Below, one piece after another: positions 49,139 through 62,227 of a stretch of DNA of 64,000 bases. Positions within the stretch are counted from its first letter, which is position 1, and every line of letters starts with the position of its first letter. The stretch lies in contig NC_045713.1 in assembly GCF_009834535.1 (NCBI RefSeq), forward strand, positions 5,828,001 to 5,892,000, in the 5' to 3' direction. The notes below the pieces were generated by a model that did no database searches, was not told the DNA's origin, and saw nothing but the letters and a program-made list of their open reading frames with translations. The translations under genes and the position numbers were made by a program. Source of the stretch: Camelus ferus (Eukaryota).

Positions 49139-50640
49139 ATGCCTCATTTAGCCCACCACACTTTTCAGAAATATAGGGGATAAGCCATGACACCGAAAGG
49201 GAAAGGGAGAGAAAGGCTATAAAGGGTGGAGAGTGATGGAGGAGCGATTATGGGTTGCACCCACGCAGGATCAGGAAAGCCTGAGTTTTTATCACGAGGA
49301 ATGAGCCATTTCTCTGGGAGAAACTTGGCCACCGCAGGCGACGAAGTGGGAGGTCTAAACGCATGGAGCTCACTGTGTCCCCGGGAGGAGGTGACATGGC
49401 CTGGGTTCTCTGTGGAGGGGAGGAGAAGGTGGAAAGAGCCCTCGGGCCTCTCGGGGGTGGTGGTGGGCTGGTCTCCTTACCTCCCCAGAGGAGGACAAAC
49501 AGGCAGGATGGGATGATGACGCTGAGCGATACTTTAATCACAAACCACAAACACAAGATGAAGGATGGAGTTTGCCATTTGTTTTCCCCAAACAAACCCT
49601 GAGGAAGGCCATTCTTTAATGAGGTGGCACTGGATTCCCGTGTCCTCACTGCCCGCGGGCGTGGGGGGCGGAGGTGCTGACCGCGCGCACCCTCGCCCGC
49701 TCAGAGGAGTGGCGAATCTTCCTCTCGGAAGGCCATGGACCCATGTTAATCTAATTTACAAATAAGCTGGGAACAGGTCAAGGACGAGAACCTCCACGTG
49801 ACACTGCCCTCCCAACTGCTGGTGGGAACTGTGGAGGCCTGGGCCCCGGGATGGCCCTTGGCTTTCCAGGGAGCCACGGCTGAGCCCCTTGTCCACCTGC
49901 AGGTGGTCTGGAAACCCTGGGGTGGGCTGAGGGCCTGCCTTGCTCTGTCTGACAGCTGGTAGCACCTGATGGCCCTTGGGCTCTGGAGAGGGGCCCCTGA
50001 GGCTTCCAACATGCCTGGATTGGGCATCACAGAGCCAGAAGCAGCCAGGCCCCAACGTCACGTACGGGATGTGCGTCCTATCCCTTCTCACACGGAGCTT
50101 AGGGTGGTGGTTGTGATCATCGCTGGGAGTGCATCCTCTTCCTTCCAGACTGGAGGCTGCTTGAGGGCAGGGAGTACATTTTAGTACCCTCCCCACCAAA
50201 ATCTCCAGCATCCAATGCAGGTCTGGGTGATATTTTGCTGAGAAAACGTAGGCATGAGGGGCCTTAACACTCCAGAAGGCTGGGCTATGGAAGCTGCTTA
50301 CAGTCCATGCCAGGTCCCTTTTCCCAGAGGGGCCCTACAGTGGCCAGCTTCCCACACTGTACAGTGCGGAGGACTGCAGGGTGGCCCCGGGCTTTGCACA
50401 AGGTACCCTCTGGGGCCCGCAGACTGGTAAGCAGAAAGATTAGGAGCATTCATCTCTGTCACCTCTGTGCCTAGAACGGAGCCCGGGACACAGGGGTAGC
50501 GCAAAGGCCGTGGAACAGGTGTGTGAGAGAATAAATTAAAGAGCAAACCATCTCTCAAAGCGTGTTAAGAACTGGGCAAGAGAGAGACCGCCCCACCTGG
50601 ATGTGAGCCCTTGAGGCTGGGCTGGCTCCACATCCCAGGC

Positions 50641-50942
50641 CAGCGCTGCCAACACAGAGTGCCAGCCGCCCGTGTGACTTAAAAGCATTCTATTACTATG
50701 TTAAAAATGCAAAAAGAAAAAGATGAAATCAATTTCAGTTTCATTTAACCCAATATGTCCAAAATATAATTTCCAGATAATCAATATAAAAATTATTAAT
50801 AAGATACTTTACATTCTTTTTTGGTATCAAGTCTTTGAAAGCTGGGCTGTCTCTCCCCCATCTCAGTCTGCACCTGCTGCCTGTTAAGGGGCCCCTCGGA
50901 GCCATGTGCAGCCGGCAGCCATGACGTTGGGCAGCTCGGGGC
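50641..50942 (+). mobile_element. MER33-like hAT-Charlie MITE
   Basis: cagcgctgccaa...atttaacccaatatgtccaaaatat...taatcaatataaaaattattaataagatactttacattctttttt. Confidence 0.85.
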
Positions 50943-51049
50943 TGAGGAGTGCATTCACCAGTCAGGGCTCTCCAGGGAGAGGGTCAAGGCTGGTGAGCCC
51001 CTCGACAGCCAGAGAAAGAACAAAAGTCAAGAGAAGTAGAGGGGAAGTC

Positions 51050-51530
51050 AGGGGAACGTGAGGTCAAGAGAAGGCAGTTTCAAGAGGGAAAAGGCACTGG
51101 TATCAGATGCTGTTACAGTTACGAGGCCAGGGGGACACTGCTGGACAGGACATCCATGGAGCGCTGAGGGCACATGGGCAGAGTCGGGGGGTGGAAACCA
51201 ACCTGTGAGGGGCTAAGGGTGACGGAGTTCTGGGGAGGAGGCTGCCGTGATTGTGAGGAGGAGGAGGAGGAAGGGAGACAAGGTCTGGGGAGCACCATGG
51301 GGAAGGGGGTCGTGGGTGAAGTTAACGATAGTTACCGTCTGGTGAGTGTCGAAGTGAGTGAGGGACTCCGGATAGACTACGTTCACCTGCTTTTCACAGT
51401 TACTCTGCCAGCAGAAGGAACTGATATCCACATGTCACAGACAAGGATGCCTGAGGCTCAGAAAGGGAAGGAAATGCATTCGGTGTCGCACAGCTGGAAG
51501 AGACGGAATATAAACCCAGGGGCCTTCAAG
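51050..51530 (-). mobile_element. L2 fragment (~51050-51370) followed by a MIR fragment (~51385-51530)
   Basis: cagtttcaagaggg...tatcagatgctg; cacatgtcacagacaaggatgcctgaggctcagaaaggg. Confidence 0.6.
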
Positions 51531-53701
51531 GCCCACGTCGCAGCGAGATCTTGTGAAGGAATCAATCACTTGGCCAGGTGGGGGCGCAGGGACGACAACA
51601 CAGGGACCACCAGGATGGCAACATTGTGGGGGGCACACATGTATCACTCGAAAGGCTTGTAAATGAGCCCAAACTCAGAGGGGAAATGGTGACATTGGAT
51701 GGGGTTACAGAATGTGACAGCTGGTGGGGTCAAGGCATCTGAGTCCACTGTGAAGAGCGGAGGGAGAGTGGCGGGGGAGCTTGGGTGCAGGTACAAGACC
51801 CAGGCGACCTGGTGCTCAGCCCACAGAACAGTGCCTCTTACTAGGCTCGTCCCAGGTCTACTCCAGCCCCGCCAACCCGGCACAAGGCCAGCCTTACGAG
51901 AACGCCAGCTCCGAGAAGACAGAGATGACAGAAGTACTTCTGTAGCATTCCAGGACGGCAGAGGAGCCACGCCTCCCATGATTACAGCACATAAAGTTAA
52001 CTCGTCTCTGGCTGCCTCTCGTCTAACCAGCCAGTATATTTTAAAAATCATGTCTTTGGGCATATTCGCGTCTCACGACAGACCTGCTAAAATAACCCGT
52101 TAGCTATTAAAGCTGGATGTGTGCGTCTGTACTCAAGCATGCACGTCTATTTGAAGACAGTCGAAGAGAAAAAAAAGGCCTTAAATATTCACACCCATAC
52201 AGACACAAACGGAGGCACTTCAGAGTCACCAGCTTAAAAAAATCTCCCATTCCACTCTTATTTGGGGCAGTCTCGGAAATTCCTTAGCCAATTCTGCTAC
52301 CTCCAAATCTTACTGGCTTAGTACCAAACTAAGGATGCAGAATCAAGGATGCTCACTTTTGACCTGTGAGCTGCTCAGTCACTGGTCAGTGAGGACATGA
52401 CATTATTCATTGTCCTTTTAGAACAGAGCGCCCTTTGCCGTCGGGACAGCACCAAAAACTGCAGACACGGGCGCCCCCAGTCATCACAGGCATCCACGTG
52501 ACCTTCTCTGCCACTGCCAACTGAAGAAAGTGGGGGCCAGGCCAATCAAAACCACGCTGGCCTGACTGATAATTAGGAAATTAACACAAGGTCAAAAAAC
52601 TTAAATTTCGGGTTACAACACTTAATTCAGTGACAGGTTTTTCAGTGCTGTTTCAAATTTTCTTCATTCCCGTATCATTTATTGAGCAAAAAAGCAGCAA
52701 ACATCTTAACACGGAGAAAGTGATGCCCTTGAGATTATTAATAGCGGATGTCTGTTGGCAAAGCCCGATTGGTGCATTTCAACCTCCTTTCCCTTGAGTA
52801 CGTTGCAAATAATAAACAACATTTATTGAGAGATGCTTCTGTGTGAAAAGGATTTTCATTATTCTCCAAACCACTGATTCACAACTCATTTTTTAGATCA
52901 GAAAATTGAACGGCAAAATGCTTTCGAGGAATTTTCTATCTAATGACGATTGCTAGAGAAAGCATTCTGACTTATCAGCAAAACAGAAGTAAAATCACAA
53001 AATCGCCATGGAGTACTTGCTGGTACCTGTGAGGTGCCAGTGAGAGACATAAGACAGAGAGTCTCTGAAGCCAGATGGTGTGAATCTTTGACTTTCTGCC
53101 CATTTTGAGTGCTTGGGTGGTCTCTGGAAGGCTCTGTTCCCTCTCAGGGGCCTGGCACTCCCAACACCCATCACACTGGCCCTGTCCGCACTGACACATG
53201 ATGTCGGGCCAGCATCATAAGACCTCACATCGTGGGTGCAGAACTGGGGGCCACCCAGGAAAGAACCTCACGGCTGTTGAGGTTCTTCTGAGTCATAAAA
53301 TGATTTTCAGAAGATTTTAAAATCCAGATTTGGATGCAGCAACCGTTAGGGACCCAGCCCTGTGGCATCAGCAGAAGTGGCTTCATCCCTCCAGCTTCTG
53401 TTTCAGAATCGCCCAAGCCCAGGGTAACTCTCAGCCTCTCCCTCTCCCCTGGTCTCAGCTTGCATTTCCTTCACTGTGTTCAGGTGGGGGAGTTTAACCC
53501 TTGACAGGAGCCAGACAAAAATATATTAAAACCATTCAGAAATGTTATGCATGAGGGGGTTACATGCTACACACCCACCGTGGGGCTGAAAATATCTCCA
53601 AATGAGGTCACTAATCCATCCTCATTACTCAGGCTTTGAAGCAAGAAAATTCTGTCTTGAAAATGTTTTAGGTGTTTAGGCAAAGAAAATCATTAGATAA
53701 T

Positions 53702-53880
53702 ACAGACGATTTTACTAAGTTTAATACCATCAAATGTATGATGTCACCATTATTCTATGCCACACCAAGAAAAAGAAATGCTGCTTATCAAGCTGTGACG
53801 TCACTGATTTTAATACTCGCTCTGATTTTGAAGATGGTGAAATGTGGAAAAGTGTATGTATTACAATGGACAAAATATGG
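53702..53880 (+). mobile_element. MER104-like TcMar-Tc2 MITE
   Basis: caccattattctatgccacaccaagaaaaagaaatgctgc...gattttgaagatggtgaaatgtggaaaagtgtatg...aaaatatgg. Confidence 0.65.
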
Positions 53881-53929
53881 CTGCCAAGTGAACTAAAGTT
53901 AAAACAGATCCCAAGTTGTTTTTATTTTT

Positions 53930-54190
53930 AAATGATGTGGCCTATGTTTTAGGTAGTGCAGCTTTTTTTTTTTTAAAGGGCCCTTGTCTTTTAGAGATAC
54001 ATATTAAAATATTTATGGGCGAAATATGATTTTTGTTTCAAAATAATTTAATGGGGAGGGGTAATGAGCAAGAAAAAGGATGACACCAGTGTGTTGAGGG
54101 CTGGATGCCTATTACTGATGGAGGAGGGGACCTGGGGGTGCACAGTGTTCTTCACCCTGACTTGTGTATGTTTGAAATTTAAAATGTTTT
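53930..54190 (+). mobile_element. L1MC/MB-like 3'UTR fragment
   Basis: ccttgtcttttagagatacatattaaaatatttatgggcgaaat...tttcaaaataat...ttgtgtatgtttgaaattt. Confidence 0.65.
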
Positions 54191-55312
54191 CAAAGCCTTC
54201 TGGTTCACTCTGAGACACAGGAAGCCTTCAGCTGACTGATCACACAGAACAGGTAACGACAGAATTAGGAGACTGGTGTGAGGGGCTGTCTCTCTTAAAT
54301 CACAACTTAGCAACTAGTTAACTGTCACCTTCATCAAGTTAATCTGGAACTCTAGGGTCATCTGGTCCAACCTCCTGCCCAAGGTAGGAGACCTGGGCTG
54401 TCCTGGCCACATGGCTGGCCCTCCCCACGCCACTCTGTCCCTCCTGGGACTGTGCCTCATTGTGGACTCAGAAGCTTGTCAACGCCGGCCACGGGCGCTA
54501 CCCACCAAAGGCTGACATTCAGAGGGAAGCTGTTCTGAGTCGGGCACAAATGATGTATTACTTGTTTGTTGGTGAATAATTCACTTAGGAAAAAAAAGCT
54601 CAGATTTGAGGTGACTGCACTTTCACTGACTTGTTTAATAATGTGTTTTCTTGAGTAGATCAAAGCAGCAGTTCCCCGTATGCCGGGCCGGCCGGGGTCC
54701 GTGAGCGGCTGAGCCTTCCTCTCCAGGAGCCTGGTGATGCAGCTCAGCTCTCCCTCCAGCCCTGCCAGCCCCTGGGATCTCCCTCCACCACGTTCTTCTG
54801 CACCCCGTGTCTTCTCTCTGGACCACATGCCACTCTCACTGTTCTTGAGTGACACATTTGGCAGAGCCCTCCTGCCCGGGTCCTCCCTCCAGGGTCTCAT
54901 GTCCCTACTGTCTTCTGGACAGAGATGTTGCTCTAAGTTCCCATCAGTGTCTCTAATACCATCTACTCCCGTGGTTCGAGTTGTGCAAAGAGCTACCTAA
55001 AAAGCGCCCCCAGTCATGCTGGAACAAAGTTCTAGAAAAGAAAGGAACAGGACCCTTCCAGCCACGCGGGCTACCCGGGAATGAACGGTTCTGAAAATCT
55101 TTAAAAATACAAAACACAAATACTCAGATTCTAGATACACAGATTCCACAGAGGCCAGCTAGGGGCAATTTGAATGGAATAATTTCTTTTTAAATAAAGA
55201 AATTTCTATATAGAGTGTTTTCTTAAAGAAAAATGCAAAACAGTTGAATTTCAGAAATGGAGTCCATCATTTATAAATATAGGAAAACATAGTAAATACA
55301 ACATTAGATGGC

Positions 55313-55411
55313 AGGAGGGAAATAGCTCAGTGGTGGAGTGAGTGCTTAGCATGCATGAGGTCCTGGGTTCAATCCTCATACCTTCATTAAATAAAAAATT
55401 AGAAAAAAAAA
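55313..55411 (+). mobile_element. tRNA-Ala(AGC)-derived camelid SINE (Vic-1-like, short form)
   Basis: aatagctcagtggtggag (A box)...gcttagcatgcatgaggtcctgggttcaatcc (B box) plus an A-rich tail. Confidence 0.88.
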
Positions 55412-55426
55412 CTTAAACCCAAATAA

Positions 55427-55685
55427 TGGGGAATTGAGAAAGGATGGATAACTTGGGAGTTTGGGATTGGCAGGTAGAAACTAGTACGTACAGAATAGAT
55501 AAATAATAAGGTCCTACTGTATAGCACAGGGAACTATATTCAGTGGCTTGTAGTAACCTGTAACAAAGAGAGTATGAATATATTTATATGTATAACTGAA
55601 TCACTATGCTGTACACCAGAAAATAATACATTGTGAATCAACTACACTTCAATTAAAAATAGGAAAAAAAGAAAAAAATTAAAAA
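55427..55685 (+). mobile_element. Cetartiodactyl-type L1 3' end
   Basis: gggagtttgggattggcaggtagaaacta...aaggtcctactgtatagcacagggaactatattca...tgaatcactatgctgtacaccagaaa...caactacacttcaattaaaaa. Confidence 0.9.
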
Positions 55686-56435
55686 GTTAGAAAGTACTTG
55701 AGTTTAACAGCTGCAACTTTGCTAAAAAGTAATCGCAAATTGGTGATTTTTTTTTCAACCAAGACATTTTATCCAACTGAAACAAGAAAATGTCCGCCTT
55801 TCTACAACTTAAAGCCAAAACACTCATTGTTCAAAAGCATCTAGCTACTGACTCTTTATTCTGATGTCCTCGGGATTCTAAAGTATCCTGATGGTGGCTG
55901 AATCATCCTCACGAATAAAGCAAAACCGACATGGGGCACCATGTCTAAGGCCAGCCTTATTGACTGTACTATCACAATCTGCTTGCTTATTGGTAAGCCA
56001 CCCCTTCCAAAAATAACCTCTCTGCATGTCTGTCAAGAGTATTTTCATAAGGTCCTGATGGCACCAGTAAGAGAATCATAGTTATCCGTGAAAGAGACAT
56101 TGTTCTTGGTCTCATGTCCCTAGGTGTCTGTCACCTGAGATAGCCGGAATTCTCCCTTTATCAGGTATACACATGCACAGGCCAGGTACAGAGTTTTTAA
56201 AGCAAGACAATATATATTGTATGATGCACAGATTGTAGAACTCAACTTAAAATGCAGATCAGTAAAAAGTGAAGTTTCCCTTTGCTCCGGGATCCTGAAG
56301 CCTTCGCTTCCCATCTCATCATCTGAAGATGCATCACGCGGCTGTCAGTGGAGCCCCGGACTTTTGGTTACTTTTATAGATGAACCCAGATTCCTTCCAG
56401 GCTTTGTGATAGAAAAGAGTAATTTTAAATGCCAT

Positions 56436-56642
56436 NNNNNNNNNNNNNNNNNNNNNNNNNNNNNNNNNNNNNNNNNNNNNNNNNNNNNNNNNNNNNNNNN
56501 NNNNNNNNNNNNNNNNNNNNNNNNNNNNNNNNNNNNNNNNNNNNNNNNNNNNNNNNNNNNNNNNNNNNNNNNNNNNNNNNNNNNNNNNNNNNNNNNNNNN
56601 NNNNNNNNNNNNNNNNNNNNNNNNNNNNNNNNNNNNNNNNNN
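56436..56642. other. Assembly gap (207 N)
   Basis: Run of N. Confidence 1.
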
Positions 56643-57289
56643 ACAATGGTTGATTTTCTGAAATAATAGAAATCTAGTTTAAAGAAGGAATGAAACCCCA
56701 AACATGTAATTACCACAATATATAACCTGCCATGCTGCCTTTGTGGCTGGATAAAATGCCCATCTTTGTGAGTTTTTTTGGTTATTAAATAAGATTATCT
56801 TGAAAGGGATAAACTCACTCATGCTATAATTTCTTTCCATTTAAATTTCTTTGCTCCATTTGAAACATGTTCTGTATGTTGGCAGAATGTCTCTAATACT
56901 GATGGATGTGCCTTCAGCACTGTGTCTAATAAAACTGTATGATGGGAAGGCCTGGCTTTGAGGAGCCCGGGCAGGGCTGGAGCAGAGGGTTCCTGGTGGT
57001 GAGCAGTGAGGGCTGGGGGGGCACCCACAGGCAGAGGACAGAGACCTAAGGCGCTGGGCAGAGGGAGGACCCCTGAGCTCCTCGGAGACACAAGTGGTGG
57101 TCTTCTGCGGGGAGATTCGTCTGATGATGAAAAGTGGCAGGTGTATCAGACCGGGAATGCCTGAACTTGGCCCCAAGGTGATGAAGGCTGAGGACGGTGC
57201 CCAGGACATGGTCTTGAGATGCACGGAGGCCCCGGTTTGAAGGAAGAACAGGCAGCATGTGGCAGTAGCCTGGTGGTACGGGAGAGCCT

Positions 57290-57585
57290 GAGAGCGGGGT
57301 CTGAGGTGCCTGGCACCCTCGGACCCTGCCAGGGGTCCGTGAGGTCAAAACTGTTTTTGTTGTTTTCCTTCTCTATCCTTGTTCTCACATAAATGACCAG
57401 CGGAGCTCTCCGGGCGCAGAGTGACGTGTGATGCTGTCAGTGGCACGTGTGCTGGTGGATCCTTGTGCTTTCAACACATCTCAGTTTTAATCTCTAACAC
57501 AGTCACTACTGATAGACACGCACACGGACCCAAAAGCTCTCTGGAGTCCTCAACAGTAAGAGACCCAAATGTTTGAGAAATGGCA
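57290..57585 (+). mobile_element. Charlie1-derived internally deleted DNA transposon
   Basis: Left-end block ggaccctgccaggggtccgtgaggtcaaaactgttttt joined to right-end block cagttttaatctctaacac...aaaagctctctggagtcctcaa...gtttgagaa. Confidence 0.7.
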
Positions 57586-60500
57586 GCTATAAGATTGTGG
57601 TCTGGAATCGGAGAACTGCTCATTGTCCGGAGGTCAACGCTGTCAGTCCACTGATGACCTGCTGGTGTCCCGTGAAGCAGCCAGGACAGCCAGCCGCCTC
57701 TGGGCACCGGAGCCCTCCCTGGCGTCTCGTGGCATCTGGCTCCCACGGTCTGGCTGGCATCACCCTCCCGGTGGCACAGGGACTTCCTGTAGGCCTCTCG
57801 GTGGCCAGGGGTTCAGTGGTGGGGCCGGGGAGGAGGCCACCTCAGGTTCCTCCAATTCTCTAATTACGTCTGATTCTGCCTTTAGGTTGGACTTCAAAAT
57901 ATTCTTCCAGGTCATTTGCTAACTGCTCATGTCTAAACCTTTAGTTTTATTTCAGAACTTTGAGAATACTGCTGTGATTTGTTTACGACACATCAATAGC
58001 TTTTGAGTTTGTTAAAGAGGAGAACCACATAATATACACATACTTTATTATAAAACCATTTGAGCATTTACTCCAGTGAATCAGCTGGTGGCGATCCCTG
58101 CCCTCCTGGGGCTTATAGCCTAGTGTGAGTGATGGACCAAGTCTAGACAGATGCCCAGTAGACTGTTGAGGGGCCGTGCACACCCCCAACAACATTCCTG
58201 GGGCCACTGATGGTGCCAGACCCAGGAGACACTCCTGAATCCTTCTGGATGGAGGGAGTGAACGACAGACGCTCTCCCCAGATTCATCACCGAGCTGACA
58301 CCTCACCGGAACTGCCGCAAAGGGGACTTGTGGGCTAGACTGGATGTGCCCCGAGGTGCCTTAAGGAACCAGGAAGTGTGACTCCTATGTCGCTGCCCAC
58401 CCCCAACCGTGTAATTTATTTCAGATCTTCGGCCCTGCTGACTCTGAGACAAATGGGCTATTTTGGATTAGAATGAAGATTAGAATTACTCCTTCTAGGA
58501 GTTTCTCCATCAGGAAGATCGGAGATGCGGGCAGAGATCTATGCACAAGAATGCTTAGCATATGTTGAGAAAGGAGAAAACTCAAATAATGTAGATGCCA
58601 ACAGCAGGGGGTTACTTATTAAATAAACTTTAGTAAAGCAATACTGGGGCACATTAGGTAGTCAGGTACATTATGTTTCAAGAGAAGGTAATACCACGGA
58701 ATAATGCACACGACTGCCGTCTGCTGAGCAAATATATGCTGGGCAGCTATTATAGGGTCCCCCCAGGCGTTGCCACAGGTGTTCCTTCAGTTATGAGCAA
58801 AACCAATGGGTCCCTGCGCCTCATGGGGCAGTTGTCTAGCAGAGGGAGAGACGCCAGTCACTCACCACCCACAGGCACACCCTCCCCAAGGTCAGCGCCG
58901 TGCAGAGGAGGCTCGTGGCGCTCGGGGGTGTGTTTATGAAGCAGACCTGGCCGGGGCAGCAGGGACTTCCTGCAGGATGGAGGAAGGGGCGTCTGATCCC
59001 AGATCTGGAGGATGATCAGAGGTTAAATGGGGGAGAAAGAAAGAAAGGGGGGAAAAGAAGCCACAAACTACAAAATGGGTTTACAATATGACCCCCACGT
59101 TGAAAAAAATGAAGAAACGCACATGTGGGTATGTTTGGAAAAGGCCGGTGAGAAACATGCCAGTGTCACACGGCAGGTACAAGGGGTTATGGCTTATTTC
59201 TCATTTCTTTGGCTTTGAAGAAATTGTATCCTTCTAACCTCAAAAACGTTCTTTTGAAAATTAAGTATAGGTATCGAGTGATAGTTTAAAAAAGTGAGAT
59301 GAGCTTCAGGTTACAGAGCAATGGGGTGACCTCCCTGGAGCCCTCCAAGGACAGAGTCCCCAGATGCAGTGTTGTCCACGTGGCCAAATACCCGGCATTA
59401 TTTCAGCTTGTGCACAGCCCACGAGGAAAAGAAATGCCGCGCCTGCTAACGCATAGCTAAACTAGACATATTTCTCCAAAAGATAATTATCTTATAAAAG
59501 TATAAATATTAGCAAGCAACCTACTGGTTCAGCCTATGTTTCACATTTTTTTCATTTATATAAAATACTGAGGTTGGGGGAAGACCATGCTGCAAGCAGT
59601 AGGCACAGCATAATCTTCATTGTTTTAAAATATGTAATATTGATGAACCAAAAAAAGATGTGAAAGATCTAAAGCAGCACGCTAACATTTACGCCTAGGA
59701 TTACAGGTGATTTACTACCATCTTCTTTATGCTACATGCAAATTTCTATAATGACCATTCATTCTGACTGTAATCAGAGGATGAAGGCTCCGACCTCAGA
59801 CAATACTGGGGAGACTTAAAACATCATCTCAAACCAGCACCAGAGGGGCAGGGACAGCCTGCAAGCAGATCCCAACCTCAGCAGGCAAATCATAAAACAA
59901 GGACAGATTTCGCCAAGGGGATAGAGAAGACTTAAAATCAGATCTCAGACCTATCCCTTCCCAGTCATGGTCTCAGTTTTCTTTGTTTTCCCACCCGAAG
60001 CCCTTGCTTCAAGTTTATGCCATCAGTTGTGTGCAACCAGCTTATCTAAAATTAAGCAGCATGGAAAAGACGTACCTTTGTCTTGGCTTAATAATCAGTA
60101 CATATTGTTTATTAATATTTACTTGCTTCACAGAGCTGCTCAGAGGAATAATTAATAATAAATGATGGGAAAATCTACTTGCAGCTGCCAAGCACCTTGT
60201 AATGTTTTCTCAGACACTCACTCAAATGCATGAATGGGAAAAGAGGCAGGAGCCTTTATCCGCAGGGTCCTGGTGAACTCCAGGCAACCATAGGGGCCCA
60301 CAGACATGGGATCCAAACAGGGATCGTAGAATTCTTACAAGCATTTCCTTTGTGGGAAAATACTACAGAGACATGGGCGTAGGAAATGTAGACCATAATT
60401 TCTTAATTTCTAAATGGAAATAATTTATATCATATGGCTGAAAACCCAGCCTAAGGAACACGTGACTCCATGGCAACTAGGGAACTGAAACCTTTGTAAT

Positions 60501-62227
60501 CAGACTTCCTGCTTAAAGATGTGCAGAAGCTTCCCAAGGGATTATGCCAACCTAGCAATAAAGGAGAAACAAAAGCTTCCGGAGCAAAGAGGGGCTCCCT
60601 GGCCTCTGTCCACTCCGGCATCCTGGATGGCAGACTAGTGCGCTCTGGGGAGGGGACCCAACTTCACCCAAGGAAGTCCATTCGAGTGCACCAAGGACTC
60701 ACCTCCTTAGTTTCAGCCAAGCTTATCCAGCAGGCCCTCAGGGACCGCAGAGGTCAGGGATGAAGTTTATGAGGCCCAGCAAGGGTGGGGAGAAAAGGTG
60801 AGTTACCCATCACTCTGATTATGCCGTGGCCACAAGGACCAAAGATTATTTTGTTCACTGACTCCCCTCTGGTTAGTCTGTCCAGCTCAAGGACCATGTC
60901 CACAAAGACATCTTCTTGCTACTGATTTGTTCACCTAACTCTGCAGTTCCTAAGCATGCATATCATTTCAAAATTAGCACAGTTCATGCGATATCCTTGG
61001 GTGGGAAAGGATGGCTGGACTGTGGGAGTGAAGGGAGACCCAGCACCCCTCAACCTTGCTCTTTGGGTTGCCATGATGTAGCTTCTACAGGCAGGTGTAG
61101 CAGCAACCCACTGCCAGCTCTAGGTAGACCAGTCTTGTCCAGGGCTGCTGCCAAGATCGGTGCTGTGAGCCTGGACGGCAGGAACCAGGCACAGCTCAGG
61201 AACCACTGAGCTTGAAGGACGTGAAGACCTCCTTGGTCCTCATTTTTAATCCCTTGAAATGGAGCCACGAATGACTTCTACCTCCACAACTAACAAATGC
61301 CAGTAAGAGGACTGAGCACGTGTGTCGCTCGGCTGAAAAAGCACAGACCCCTCCATTTCTGGCACGGGAGTGAGTTCCCAGTCGATGTGCGAACCTGGGT
61401 CTACAGAAAATTGCTATCGCTTGGAGGATGACTCTGTTTTGGTCAACAGATGGCTTTAAAATACCTCTAGAATTCCTCTAGCACTCTTTCTCAGGCCCGT
61501 TACCACATGCTAACTTTTACGCAGTCCTGGAATTTTCTTTTGAATGTATAGAGAGGGCATGGCTTCTTTGTAGTGGGACAGTTCAGGGAAGAGATACAGT
61601 TGAGCGGATTCTATATCTCTTGGCTGGAGCTGCCGGTCCCACTGATGAATCATGGAGAAGTTCGTAAATGCCGGGAGCATCTGCACCGACTTCTTTTACT
61701 GCCATATATGGCAAATATACATCTCCTTATTTCCCATCATTGCAAGTCGAGCTTTGGCATTTTTCTTACCTTATTATTGTTCTGAAAAACTTCTCCTGAT
61801 CTACAGCTCAGCCGCACAAGCCGGTGCCGCCAAGGTGGTACTGACACTCACATCATAACCCCGGGCTGGGCTTGTTTTTTTTTAGGTATGAGGACAGAAT
61901 GCTTTACGTCGGTAAATATCTGAGGTAGGTCAAAGTACCTAGCTATTTACGTTCTTGCTACATCTCAGCTGAACACACGGGGCTATAAGGATTTCCACAA
62001 GAATTTAACGCGAATGTGTTTTCTCCCCCCAGGGAACTGGGCTTCTTATCACACGATCAGGGATCAGTTAAGAAACAGGGGTTGGCGCTGAGGTTTTTTG
62101 TGGTTTCTTTTGGGACATGTTCCTTAAAGAGATAAATATCAAAAAATATTTTCAAGCTTCTAAAAGCTGGCTGTGGAGAAAGTCCATGACTGGCTGAGAC
62201 AGTTTAAGAATTCTCTGGGGGAATGCT

